Assembly (NCBI GenBank): GCA_033977065.1
Contig: JAXCHI010000003.1
Coordinates: 628,875 to 692,874, forward strand
Origin: Candidatus Algichlamydia australiensis
GTDB taxonomy: Bacteria; Chlamydiota; Chlamydiia; Chlamydiales; JAJFMI01
Length of the DNA: 64,000 nt
Reading direction: 5' to 3'
Positions within the stretch are counted from its first letter, which is position 1, and each line of letters starts with the position of its first letter. The translations under genes and the position numbers were made by a program. A model generated the notes under the pieces. The model was given only the letters and a program-made list of their open reading frames with translations. It was not told the origin of the DNA and ran no database searches. Shown here piece by piece: positions 28,982 to 38,769 of this stretch.

Positions 28982-29886
28982 CTTTTTGGGATTTCACCCT
29001 CTCCAAGGTAGATGTTGTCGGGAGTAGAATTCTCCCAAAAAAGATGTTGCTGTCGCCCTTTTGTGACAAGCAACATGGCATCCTCTTCAAGAGGAAAGTC
29101 TACCCGATCACAGAGAAGTGTGTCAAAAGAGATGTAGCGATCTTTGGATTCAATTCGAACTTCACCTTGAAGTTCAACGCGCACGGGGCGTAGTTTGTCA
29201 TAGTGAAGAGTTAAGTTATCAGAAAAGAGCTTAAGTTTATCGGTTTGAAAGAGAATTTGCTCATCTTTTTTACTTGTCACTGTAAGAATTTGTTCTTGCG
29301 GCTTGTAGTGAAACTCATTGTTTGATTCAAGAAAAAAGGGGGTAGGAGAGTCTTCTTGCAGAAGATCCATTTTCCCCATGACAAGTAGGTGGTTATTTTG
29401 AATTTGCAATATATTTTCTGCGTGAAGTTCCCCAAGCTCTGGAATAAGAAGGGTGATGGCGCCTTCTAAAATTAAACAATCTTTTTCTACATAGACTTTT
29501 TTTGCTTTGAGGGGTGACATGCTCTGATCTAAAAAGTTGAGGTGGCCAGAGGTGTCTTGCAGTTCAAGGGAGTCTGTTTTTAAATTGTAGGAAAGATTTT
29601 GGTAATGCAGCTCTCCATTTTGAAAATGACAAGTGCCGCCTTCAATATCTTCAAGCCACTGGTGCTGGAGATAGTGTAAAAATTCCGTTTCAATCACAAT
29701 TTTATCTGCAAAGTAGGCCGTCACAGCCTCTTTTGCCTCTATTTTGTCGAGTCCTTGGCGTTTATCTATGGAGAGCTCTAATTTTTTGCTTTCAATGCGA
29801 AGAGTGTGATGGCCAATATGATCCTTATATGTTGAGCTAAAGAGAAGAAAAGGAAGACAGAGACTACTCAAAAATCGCATGGGCAC
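28978..29886 (-). CDS. Exported protein in the LptA position
   Basis: It has a signal-peptide-like N-terminus (FLSSLCLPFLLFSS) and overlaps lptB by 4 nt. The assignment is by synteny only. Confidence 0.35.
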   Translation of the reverse strand: MPMRFLSSLCLPFLLFSSTYKDHIGHHTLRIESKKLELSIDKRQGLDKIEAKEAVTAYFADKIVIETEFLHYLQHQWLEDIEGGTCHFQNGELHYQNLSYNLKTDSLELQDTSGHLNFLDQSMSPLKAKKVYVEKDCLILEGAITLLIPELGELHAENILQIQNNHLLVMGKMDLLQEDSPTPFFLESNNEFHYKPQEQILTVTSKKDEQILFQTDKLKLFSDNLTLHYDKLRPVRVELQGEVRIESKDRYISFDTLLCDRVDFPLEEDAMLLVTKGRQQHLFWENSTPDNIYLGEGEIPKR

Positions 29887-30436
29887 GCTCCTTTGGAATG
29901 GTCACACGGAAGTGTTCCGCGTTCATGCGAAGATCTTTATCTTCTAAACTGAGTTCCACGCTTTTGGCTTTGCCTCGCATGGCAACGCTCTCTTCATTCA
30001 TTGCACTCGATTGTGCTTGATAGAAGGTCATCAACACTTCTTCAGTGCGGAATTTATGATCGGAGAGGGAGTAAGTACCGCGATTAGAGCTAAACTGACG
30101 CACATCGCACGCGCCATCATTTGCCTCTTCTTGCACATATCCTACTATACCATAAAGCTCTTCGTGTGCTCCTGTCTCCGAGGAGTAAGTTAAAAAACTT
30201 CCTTTGTGTGCAATTTGCACGTGCCGCTGCTGATTCTCTTCGGTTAGATAGAGATCTTTTTGTACCTCTTTTTTTACTTGATGTAGAGGGGAGTCGTGAG
30301 AAGGAGTTGTCTCACACTGTTTCCACTGCAAAAAGTTCGCAATATCTTTTTCATTATAAGTGGTGAATGTATAGCTAGAGAAAGCTATTGCGCTAAGTAA
30401 CAGAGAAAAAGTAATAAAAGCTGCTCTATTTAGCAT
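29864..30436 (-). CDS. Membrane-anchored protein in the LptC position
   Basis: It has a single N-terminal transmembrane helix (AAFITFSLLLSAIAFSSY) and lies between kdsA and the LptA-position gene. The assignment is by synteny only. Confidence 0.35.
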   Translation of the reverse strand: MLNRAAFITFSLLLSAIAFSSYTFTTYNEKDIANFLQWKQCETTPSHDSPLHQVKKEVQKDLYLTEENQQRHVQIAHKGSFLTYSSETGAHEELYGIVGYVQEEANDGACDVRQFSSNRGTYSLSDHKFRTEEVLMTFYQAQSSAMNEESVAMRGKAKSVELSLEDKDLRMNAEHFRVTIPKERAHAIFE

Positions 30437-31199
30437 GAATTACATCATAAAGTTTTTTCAATATCGGTAACAACTGGTCAAGCTCCTCAAAGGAAATTTG
30501 AGTTGTAGCATCACTCTTTGCTTTAAGAGGATTTTCATGAGCCTCCAAGTAAAGATAGTCACTACCTGCGGCAACAGCAGCCTTTGCTAATGTTGGTAAA
30601 TATTCTCTCATACCGCCTGTAGTCTCACCTAAGCCGCCAGGTAGTTGCAAGCTGTGCGTTACGTCAAAGCAGACAGGGCAGCCCAAGCTTTGCATAATGG
30701 GAATACTGCGCATGTCACTGACTAAATTATTGTAACCAAAGCTTGTGCCACGCTCCTCTAAAATAATCTCCTTAGCGCCCGCTTCCTGGAGCTTGACCAC
30801 AACATTTTTCATATCCCAAGGCGCCATAAATTGCCCTTTTTTTACTTTCACAGGTCTGCCGGTTTTCGCAGCAGCAACAAGCAAATCTGTTTGGCGACAG
30901 AGAAATGCAGGAATTTGAATATAGTCGAGTACCTTGCCCGCAGCTTCTGCCTGAGATGGCAAATGAATATCGGAAAGAATCGGCAAACCCAACTCTGCCT
31001 TAATCCGTTCCAAAATCTCCAGCCCCTTCTCCAGACCGGGGCCGCGAAAGCTATGGATAGAAGAGCGGTTCGCTTTGTCATAACTCGACTTAAAAACAAA
31101 GTCGATCCCGTGTTTTGTAAAAATTTCCTTTAATTCCTTTGCCGCAGCAAAAGCAGACTCTTCGTTTTCAATGACACACGGGCCGCAAAAGATCAGCAT
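30426..31199 (-). CDS. kdsA: 3-deoxy-8-phosphooctulonate synthase KdsA
   Basis: The KdsA pattern is seen in FKSSYDKANRSS, IQIPAFLCRQTDL and FDVTHSLQ. Confidence 0.85.
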   Translation of the reverse strand: MLIFCGPCVIENEESAFAAAKELKEIFTKHGIDFVFKSSYDKANRSSIHSFRGPGLEKGLEILERIKAELGLPILSDIHLPSQAEAAGKVLDYIQIPAFLCRQTDLLVAAAKTGRPVKVKKGQFMAPWDMKNVVVKLQEAGAKEIILEERGTSFGYNNLVSDMRSIPIMQSLGCPVCFDVTHSLQLPGGLGETTGGMREYLPTLAKAAVAAGSDYLYLEAHENPLKAKSDATTQISFEELDQLLPILKKLYDVIHAK

Positions 31200-31798
31200 A
31201 AAAAAAGTTCCTCTAGTGAATACAATTTTGGGGGTTTGTGAATAATAATTTTAGCGCTTTCTAGAGCCATACGCGCGTAGAGCGCGCGTCCGAGAGCTCG
31301 ATGAGAGATGGTGAGCTGTTCACCAGGAAGGCCTACATGTAGCTCGTGTGCACCAAAAGAGTCCTTCATCCGAATCGAGTGAATGGGCATCTCTTTGCCC
31401 AAAGCTTTTTCAATACTTAAAGCCGTACCGCTGGGCGCATCGACCTTTTTCTCATGGTGCTCTTCGATCAAATCGAAACTGGCCTGATCACCTAAAAACT
31501 TCGAGAGCATCGTTGTCATCTGACGCATCATCAAGACACCCAAACTAAAGTTTGCTGCATAGAGCAAAGGAATTTCTTTCGAAGCTTCTTCAATTTCTGA
31601 AAAATCCTCATGGCCAGTCGTGCCCATCACAAGAGGCTTTTTTAAATCTAACAACCCCCTCGTTCTACTCGGATGAGAAAAATCGATAATCACATCAGCT
31701 TCTTCAAGTGAAGCCAAAACAGCCTCTGCATCCTCATCAACGCATTTGACAACTTCTTTACCGACACGCCCATTTCGTCCTGAAACTGCAATCCTCAT
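31193..31798 (-). CDS. dapB: 4-hydroxy-tetrahydrodipicolinate reductase DapB (compact form)
   Basis: The N-terminus has GRNGRVGK. EEHHEKKVDAPSGTA matches the E-x-H-H-x-x-K-x-D-A-P-S-G-T-A motif. Confidence 0.75.
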   Translation of the reverse strand: MRIAVSGRNGRVGKEVVKCVDEDAEAVLASLEEADVIIDFSHPSRTRGLLDLKKPLVMGTTGHEDFSEIEEASKEIPLLYAANFSLGVLMMRQMTTMLSKFLGDQASFDLIEEHHEKKVDAPSGTALSIEKALGKEMPIHSIRMKDSFGAHELHVGLPGEQLTISHRALGRALYARMALESAKIIIHKPPKLYSLEELFLC

Positions 31799-31830
31799 CG
31801 CAGCAATGCTAACAAAAATTTATACGAAGA

Positions 31831-32325
31831 TCAAGATGCTAAAAGTTCAGAACATTCCTTGACGCGATAGAGCAAATAATCTTTTAGGATCTGCTCATGG
31901 TCAAATGCAAATTTGCCCCATGGGAGTTCATCAAGAGGTACGACCCAAGCCTCTGCAGCATCATCTCCTGCTTGAGGTTTTTTGAAAGCTTTTGCAATGT
32001 GAGCTACCTCAACAGAGTGGTGGCGAAAATCTCTCTTAGGATCTGAATAGACATGAAACTGTTTTAAATCATGCAATTCTAAACCTACTTCTTCCATCAT
32101 CTCACGGCGCACAGCTTCTTCAACTGTTTCGCCATATTCAACTTTCCCGCCTGGAATAGCTTTCCCCCAAGGCGCCTTGCCGCGTTCAATTAATACAATG
32201 CCTTGAAAGTTTCCCTTTTCATATATTTCGATGATGGCAGTTGTAGTTAAAATAGGCGGTTTATGCTCTTCTGCAAATCCAGCAGAAGAGATGAAAACAA
32301 AGAGCAGGGCTAAAGCTTTCTTCAT
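31831..32325 (-). CDS. Nudix hydrolase with an N-terminal Sec-type signal peptide
   Basis: The signal peptide MKKALALLFVFISSAGFA/EE precedes the Nudix box GGKVEYGETVEEAVRREMMEEVGL. The ORF opens at 32355. Confidence 0.7.
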   Translation of the reverse strand: MKKALALLFVFISSAGFAEEHKPPILTTTAIIEIYEKGNFQGIVLIERGKAPWGKAIPGGKVEYGETVEEAVRREMMEEVGLELHDLKQFHVYSDPKRDFRHHSVEVAHIAKAFKKPQAGDDAAEAWVVPLDELPWGKFAFDHEQILKDYLLYRVKECSELLAS

Positions 32326-32415
32326 TTTTTTCTCCTCCACTAACAGGTTTACCACAAATAAGAGTTTTAAAAAGACTTGATGAAAAAAAAATCATTCGTT
32401 TACGATCTGTGATCA

Positions 32416-35400
32416 ATGAAAACATATTTTTTTTCTTTTCTCTGTTTTCTGACACTTCTTGCAAACGAGCAGGCTCCCCCCTCCATTCTTCCGGCCCTAG
32501 AAGGCGAGCCCGCTGCTAACGTAGATTCATGCGTTTCAGCTATCTCTGGTGCCTTTTATGTTGCAGAAACAGATATTGTTGTTCCTGGTCGTCAGCCAAT
32601 TGCGATCCAACGAATTTTAAAAGATGGGGAGTGGAAATTCTTTTTGCATTTGCATCTTTTGGAAAAGTATAAAGAGTGCTGCAATAGCAAAGGAAAAGAT
32701 CGCAAGCGATATGTTTTGCAAGCCTGTGATCCAACAGGGACTCGCATTAAATACTATCCCAAACATCACAGCATAACAGATGTTTTTTACCCTAGTGAAA
32801 GCAGTTTTACAGCTTTTACAAATACTTCCAGAGGTGCTCTTGGCGGACGGACAAACCCACGAAATCGAAAGGTTACCTTTGATGCAAAGAATAGTATTTA
32901 TGAACTTCATTTAGGAGATGGAACACGGCGTTATTATGGTTTAGCTCCCAAGCGGAAGAGAGAGAAGCGGATTCGAAAAAAAGGGCGAAAATTTGTTCTA
33001 ATTCGGGAGAGATTAGCGAATGGCAATCAGATCAAGTACTGCTACGATTCAAAAAAGCGTCCCATAGAGATCCGCTCGACAAATCCAAGTGGGGATCAAG
33101 TCTATGCGTGGGTAAAAATCAAGTACTACGGCACCCACAATCCAAGTTTTTTTGTCAGAACAAGTGACGAGCACTCTTACCTCTATCACTACAAGCGTGT
33201 TGAAAAAACAGAAAATTACTACCTGGATCTTATTTTTAAGGATGGTGAAGAGAGAGAAAGGATCCAATACAAGGATCCTGAGAATTTGGTTATAAAAGGG
33301 CGCTCATTTGGGGGAGATCGGTTCGTTGGAGCCTCTTTTTATCCGCTAGCAGAAGAGACAGACGTCGATGGCAAGCGGGTGAAACTTAAGCCAAATGATC
33401 CGCGTACGGGTCGGGTAAAAGTGTTGCGCGCCCCTAATTATGGAAGCGGAAAACAGAGGATTGCAAAGAAGTTTTTCTACCACTTAACAAAAGAAAAAGA
33501 TGAAGAGAAAAGAATTGATCGTACGGATGTAAAAGATTTTTACGGTAATCGCGTTACCTACCATTACACCGATAAAATGGTCCTGACGGGCATGGACTAT
33601 CACGATACAAGATATAAATATCTGCTCTTTGAAAGGTATTTTTTTGAAAAAGGATTCCTAAAGTCAAAACTTTACAAAGATGGAAAGTATAAAAATCAAC
33701 TTGCGCGCGCCTATGTCTACGATGAGCAAGGAAACGTTTTAGAGGATCAGCTTTATGGGAACCTATCAGGAGAGTGTCAAATTCCTCTTGAGATGGAAAA
33801 AAAGATGCCACTTGAGAATGGCATAGAGTGCTTTAAGACTGCATATCAATACAATAAGCAAAATCTCATTCAAAAAAAGATCGAATCTCATGGACGCGAG
33901 ATCCTCTATTATTACCTTCCTGATACTGATTTGATTGTAGGGCAGCTTGTTACATTTGAAGGTGAGATCAAAAGAAGAAAAATTTTTAAATATGATGAAA
34001 ACCATCTTCTTGTAGAAAGTTATGAAGATGATGGCAGCTCTTTTGAACTTGACTCAGTAGCAGGTGTGACGCAGAGATCCATCACTCGGTATCACTATTG
34101 GGATGAGGGGGAGGGGCTTCATCTACCGAAAGAGATTGCAACGTGGTATTGGGAAAAAGGAGAAGAAACATTTTTAGGCAAGGTTGCATTCGCGTACAAC
34201 CAGAGCTGTCAGGTAACAAAGAAGGAAACCTATGATGCGGAAGGAAAATTCTGCTTTGCCGAAGAGTTCAACTACGATCGTGATGGGAACCAGATATATA
34301 GAAAAGATCCTTTAGGTTATGAGATTCGAGCACGGTATGACAAGTATGGGAATAAGATTCGTGAGCGAGAGGTAGCAACAAATCTTGTAACTAAGTATCG
34401 CTATAACGCTCACAATCAATTAGTGGCCAAAGAAGAGGTGGCTCCTGGTACAGGTGAAGTGAAGGGGGAGTACTTCAAATACAACTGCTCTGGGTATTTG
34501 TACGAGAAGCGAGATGAGCTTCGCAACGTGACAAGATTTGCTAATGATTTTTTTGGAAACGTGCGCAAGTGTACCTACCCAGGAGGAGAGATTACAGAAA
34601 CAGCGGCATACAATTTTCAAAATAAGCCCATAGAAGAGATCGATGCGAATGGAAACTGTAAAAAAACAGCGTACAATGCACGTGGAAAACCTATTGCCAT
34701 CACTCATCCTGACAACACAAGAGAGACATTTACTTATTATCTACATGGGAAAGTAAAAACTTATACCGATCGGATGGGGCGCACTACGACAACAACGTAT
34801 GATTATGATTTGCGACCTCTTGTAGTGGAAACAAGAAGTTTAAACGGGGAACTCTTAAGTAGAGAAGAGTCTATTTACGATGCGTTTCAACTTCTTTCAA
34901 AAACAAACCATGTAGGCCTTACAACTGAATATAGCTATGATGGTGCGGGGCGCAAAATAGAAGAGCGGTTTATTACTCCCGATGGAGAAATAGTAACAAA
35001 AACAGAATATGACTCGAGAAGCCGTCCCTTTAAAACTACCCTTGTAGCAGAGGACTCTGAAGCCCAAGTTACTATCAAAAAATACGATGATTTGGGCCGA
35101 GTGATTGAGGAGCGAGATGAAGATGCACATGGGAAAGTATTTAAAAAAGCAGCTTATGTTTACGATTCTCATGGGAATAAGACACAAGTACTTCAATATA
35201 TAAATGAGAACAGTGCAAAAGAGTGTTTTCAGTATGACGTTTTTGATCGGTTGATTACGCATACGAATAGCTTGGGATATGCGACTCACATACAGTATAA
35301 AAAAATTGTTCCAAATAAAAGAGATCCAATTACGTTACAAAAAATTACTACCGGAGTCTGTCCAGATACAGTTGAGACCTACGATCAGTTTGGAAGAGTT

Positions 35401-37731
35401 GCTTCGAAGGAAATTTCCAACGAAAACGGAGAACGAATCTTCTACGAAGAGTATTACTATGATGGGAAGGGGCAACTTGTTGAGCAGTTTAGCCATGTTT
35501 GTCCGACAGATATCATAAAAGCAACTCTCTATGTTTACGATGCAGATGGGCAAATTGTGCGACTGGAGGAGGCGTCTGGTAGTGAAGAACAGAGGGTGAC
35601 ACACTACAGCTACAATCCAGACGGCAATCGCCTCACCCTTCTGAAACCCGATGGGACATCCCTGTATTACACCTATGATGCTTGGGGAAGAGAAAAAAGT
35701 ATCATCTCAAGTCACAAAGATATTCACTATGAGTTAGAGTACGACCTTTACGGAAATCTGATTGAGGCAAAAGACTTAGTGCAAGGCACCTCTACTACAC
35801 GACAAGTAAATGCTTTAGGATTTCTTCTCAGTGAAAAAGGGGCGCACGGTCATACGATTCGCTATGAAACAAATACCTTAGGCCAACGCAAGACTTTGCA
35901 TTTACCGGATCACTCTGCAATCAAATACCGCCACGATGCTTTCCACATGCGGAAAATTTTACGCTACAATGCAGCCGGTAAGAAACTTTACACGCACAGA
36001 TACGATGACTATAACCTTTCGGGAAGCCCCCAAAGTGAAAAACTTATCTGTAACCTAGGTGAAAGCATCCATCAGTTTGATCCTTTACGAAGGGAAGTTC
36101 AGCGGATATCCCCCTTTCATTACGAGCGCTACGAGCAATTTGACCCAAGCGGAAACTTGCTGGTGAAAACACTTTCACTAGATAAAAGGCAAGCCCTCTA
36201 CACCTACGATCTCCTTAATCAACTTGTAGAAGAGCAAGGGCCCTGGGAACACACCTACACATGTGATTCGCATAATAATCGTATTGAAAAAGATGACAGC
36301 GACTATGAAACAGATCAGCTTAACCAGCTCCACGCTACCGCTACAGCAGCCTACACCTACGACGCCAACGGCAATCCAATTTCAAAAAATGGAATTACCT
36401 TTGAATATGATAGTTTAGACCGCTTGACTCGAGTTACGACTCCCACAGAAATCTATAATTATACCTACGATTATTTTCATAGACGTCTCATCAAAAACAC
36501 TACCCATTACCTCTTTGATGGGGATAATGAAATAGGATCTATACAAGATGGAGAAATTCAAGAGCTCCGTATTTTAGGGTTGGGCCGTGGAGCTGAAATC
36601 GGTGCTGCCATTGCTATTGAGTTAGGACAAAATGTTTATCTGCCCCTTCACTCGATCCGAGGGGATCTAATCGCTCTTGTCGATCCTAAAACTAAACAAA
36701 TTGTCACAACCATCAGCTACAGCGCTTTTGGAGAACATCTCCAAAAAGGGGAGGTCAACTCGCCTTGGCTTTTTCAATCTAAGCGCCTCGATCCTGAAAC
36801 AGGATTTTTCTATTTTGGACGTCGATTTTACGAACCAGAAACAGGGCGCTTTATCACACCTGATCCCAAGGGATTTACCGACATTCCCAACCTCTACCAC
36901 TACGTTCTCAACAATCCACTGATCCTCATGGACCTCTATGGACTCGAAGTCTCTTACGAGTCCATAGAGGCATACAACGATTTCAGAAACCTTAAATATC
37001 AAATCATCCCTTATGTAGATCTTCGGCACCCAGCTCCACTCAATGAATTTGGGGATCCGCTCATTACAAAAATGGATTGGGAAACGAGCCTACCTGCTTC
37101 CCAGAGATCAAATATCTACTCCCTAAATAGACCGGAGTTGCCAGGAGGGGATGACTACACAACATTCAACAATGGCATCTTGACAGATCGCAATGGGGCA
37201 GAGGGTCACGCAAAGCATATCGCAAATTTTAACGATGATTATAATGTGCGATTTGTACACAATGCTTCACAGGGCGGATTAAAGGATGCACGTGAAGCGC
37301 GATTAAATTTATATTTAAAGGCAACAGAGCCTGTATATAAGGTAGTAGATATGTGGAGAGGTATATTCACAGAAAATCCAAGTGCACAAATTTTGCATTT
37401 TACCCACAGTCAAGGAGCGATACACACAACCATGGCACTGATCCTTTCTCCTGCAGAATGGCGAAAGAGAATCACTGTTGTAGGAATTGCTCCCGCACTT
37501 CCTGTGTCAAAAGACTTGTGTAAAAGAGCAGTAAACTATCGCTCAAGAGATTTTGTTCCTTGGTTAGGTCAAAAAGGCTTTGGATACAAATTACCATACA
37601 AAAAAGGAGTGATGGAAATTTTGAGGCCTCATGCAGACGCTCCCATGCACGATCATAGCTTTCAAAGCCCAACCTTTAGAAATGTTATAAAGTCGGAGAT
37701 TGAAAATAGAAATAGGAGGATTTTATCATGA
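32416..37731 (+). CDS. RHS/YD-repeat protein with a signal peptide and a lipase-like C-terminal domain
   Basis: There are more than 15 YD repeats (YDEQGN, YDRDGN, YDKYGN, YDGAGR, YDDLGR, YDANGN...). The RHS core ends GRRFYEPETGRFITPDPKGF...NLYHYVLNNPLILMDLYGLE, at about nt 36946. A tip of about 260 aa follows, carrying FTHSQGA. Confidence 0.9.
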   Translation: MKTYFFSFLCFLTLLANEQAPPSILPALEGEPAANVDSCVSAISGAFYVAETDIVVPGRQPIAIQRILKDGEWKFFLHLHLLEKYKECCNSKGKDRKRYVLQACDPTGTRIKYYPKHHSITDVFYPSESSFTAFTNTSRGALGGRTNPRNRKVTFDAKNSIYELHLGDGTRRYYGLAPKRKREKRIRKKGRKFVLIRERLANGNQIKYCYDSKKRPIEIRSTNPSGDQVYAWVKIKYYGTHNPSFFVRTSDEHSYLYHYKRVEKTENYYLDLIFKDGEERERIQYKDPENLVIKGRSFGGDRFVGASFYPLAEETDVDGKRVKLKPNDPRTGRVKVLRAPNYGSGKQRIAKKFFYHLTKEKDEEKRIDRTDVKDFYGNRVTYHYTDKMVLTGMDYHDTRYKYLLFERYFFEKGFLKSKLYKDGKYKNQLARAYVYDEQGNVLEDQLYGNLSGECQIPLEMEKKMPLENGIECFKTAYQYNKQNLIQKKIESHGREILYYYLPDTDLIVGQLVTFEGEIKRRKIFKYDENHLLVESYEDDGSSFELDSVAGVTQRSITRYHYWDEGEGLHLPKEIATWYWEKGEETFLGKVAFAYNQSCQVTKKETYDAEGKFCFAEEFNYDRDGNQIYRKDPLGYEIRARYDKYGNKIREREVATNLVTKYRYNAHNQLVAKEEVAPGTGEVKGEYFKYNCSGYLYEKRDELRNVTRFANDFFGNVRKCTYPGGEITETAAYNFQNKPIEEIDANGNCKKTAYNARGKPIAITHPDNTRETFTYYLHGKVKTYTDRMGRTTTTTYDYDLRPLVVETRSLNGELLSREESIYDAFQLLSKTNHVGLTTEYSYDGAGRKIEERFITPDGEIVTKTEYDSRSRPFKTTLVAEDSEAQVTIKKYDDLGRVIEERDEDAHGKVFKKAAYVYDSHGNKTQVLQYINENSAKECFQYDVFDRLITHTNSLGYATHIQYKKIVPNKRDPITLQKITTGVCPDTVETYDQFGRVASKEISNENGERIFYEEYYYDGKGQLVEQFSHVCPTDIIKATLYVYDADGQIVRLEEASGSEEQRVTHYSYNPDGNRLTLLKPDGTSLYYTYDAWGREKSIISSHKDIHYELEYDLYGNLIEAKDLVQGTSTTRQVNALGFLLSEKGAHGHTIRYETNTLGQRKTLHLPDHSAIKYRHDAFHMRKILRYNAAGKKLYTHRYDDYNLSGSPQSEKLICNLGESIHQFDPLRREVQRISPFHYERYEQFDPSGNLLVKTLSLDKRQALYTYDLLNQLVEEQGPWEHTYTCDSHNNRIEKDDSDYETDQLNQLHATATAAYTYDANGNPISKNGITFEYDSLDRLTRVTTPTEIYNYTYDYFHRRLIKNTTHYLFDGDNEIGSIQDGEIQELRILGLGRGAEIGAAIAIELGQNVYLPLHSIRGDLIALVDPKTKQIVTTISYSAFGEHLQKGEVNSPWLFQSKRLDPETGFFYFGRRFYEPETGRFITPDPKGFTDIPNLYHYVLNNPLILMDLYGLEVSYESIEAYNDFRNLKYQIIPYVDLRHPAPLNEFGDPLITKMDWETSLPASQRSNIYSLNRPELPGGDDYTTFNNGILTDRNGAEGHAKHIANFNDDYNVRFVHNASQGGLKDAREARLNLYLKATEPVYKVVDMWRGIFTENPSAQILHFTHSQGAIHTTMALILSPAEWRKRITVVGIAPALPVSKDLCKRAVNYRSRDFVPWLGQKGFGYKLPYKKGVMEILRPHADAPMHDHSFQSPTFRNVIKSEIENRNRRILS

Positions 37732-38231
37732 AAAAAGTTTTGTTTTTATTACTTTCAATAGTGCTATTCTCATTTTATAAACCTTCTGTTCATGTCCAAA
37801 TGGCCAATGAAATAATTGCGACCACTGCTCTCGAAATACAAAAAGAAACCCCCTTATATTTCTTTGGTGAGGGTGGAATGATGATGGATAACATTAAAGA
37901 GATAGAGATGTCTTTCCAAAAAATGGGGGAAATTTCTATTGAGCAAAGTAGAAGCTTAGTCATTCAATGTGCCAAATTATTATTAAATAATATAAATGAA
38001 AACGACCAAATACGTCCGCATTTAATTTCATATCCATTTACTTCCGAAAATATTGCTTTATCGATATTTATATATAATAAACGAGGTGGTGATGTAGATT
38101 CTAAAAATCTATGTTTAGTGAGTCTCCGGAATGGAAAAATAAGATATTTGCGAGATTCGATACCACGTTTTGAAGAAGTTCACAGTGAAAGTTATGAAGA
38201 GGCCAAAGCAATTTTAGAGGCTTCTAAATAG
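37728..38231 (+). CDS. Exported 167-aa protein translationally coupled to the RHS gene (immunity candidate)
   Basis: An ATGA start/stop overlap links it to the RHS gene. The N-terminal signal or anchor is MKKVLFLLLSIVLFSFY. Confidence 0.6.
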   Translation: MKKVLFLLLSIVLFSFYKPSVHVQMANEIIATTALEIQKETPLYFFGEGGMMMDNIKEIEMSFQKMGEISIEQSRSLVIQCAKLLLNNINENDQIRPHLISYPFTSENIALSIFIYNKRGGDVDSKNLCLVSLRNGKIRYLRDSIPRFEEVHSESYEEAKAILEASK

Positions 38232-38252
38232 AGAGAATTTATTAGAAAAGTT

Positions 38253-38419
38253 TTAGATAGCGTCGTCAAAAGCATACAACCATCTTATTTTTCATGTTTG
38301 GGCTCCATCTTTGTGCTCAAATGAAGCGGAATTTACAAATTCAGCTTCAATTTCCGCACAAAAATAAGCTGCAAACATGAAAAATAATCTGATTATAGCC
38401 TTTTGACGACACTATCTAA
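38253..38419 (+). mobile_element. Hairpin MITE (GATAGCGTCGTCAAAAG family), copy C
   Basis: It differs from copy A at 2 positions and is flanked by TA. Confidence 0.85.
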
Positions 38420-38525
38420 TTTTTGTGAAAAGAAATTTGACTCCCTCTTAACCATTGTCAAGAAGGATTTTCCTTAGTAGAATGAGAGAACAGGGGCATT
38501 GAATAACTGCTCTTTCAGGGAAGGG

Positions 38526-38618
38526 TTCAAAAATTGAGATGAAATTTGTTTTGGAGCACAGAGCTAACTTGATTAAAGTTAGCGAGTACGAAAAACAAAC
38601 TTGAGCCAATTTTTGCAT
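38526..38618. repeat. Imperfect hairpin of about 90 bp upstream of tRNA-Arg
   Basis: The arms are CAAAAATTGAGATGAAATTTGTTTTGG...GCTAACTT and AAGTTAGC...CGAAAAACAAACTTGAGCCAATTTTTG. A sigma70-like TTGTCA-17 nt-TAGAAT lies at 38455-38483, upstream of it. Confidence 0.4.
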
Positions 38619-38658
38619 CCTTATCAGGAGGTCTGAGTTGTTCAGCGACTCCTTTAGT

Positions 38659-38732
38659 GGATTGGTAGCTCAGTTGGATAGAGCATCCGCCTTCTAAGCG
38701 GACGGTCGCAGGTTCGAGTCCTGCCCAATCCG
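38659..38732 (+). tRNA. tRNA-Arg (anticodon TCT)
   Basis: GGATTGGTAGCTCAGTTGGATAGAGCATCCGCCTTCTAAGCGGACGGTCGCAGGTTCGAGTCCTGCCCAATCCG folds as a cloverleaf. The anticodon loop is CTTCTAA. Confidence 0.9.
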
Positions 38733-38769
38733 TTACGGAGCGACAGGTGTCGCTCCAAATTTTTTAGTT

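Noticed and set aside
33049..37029. Multiple 70-130-aa minus-strand ORFs
   Set aside because: All lie inside the 1771-aa RHS gene, whose YD-repeat periodicity defines the coding frame.
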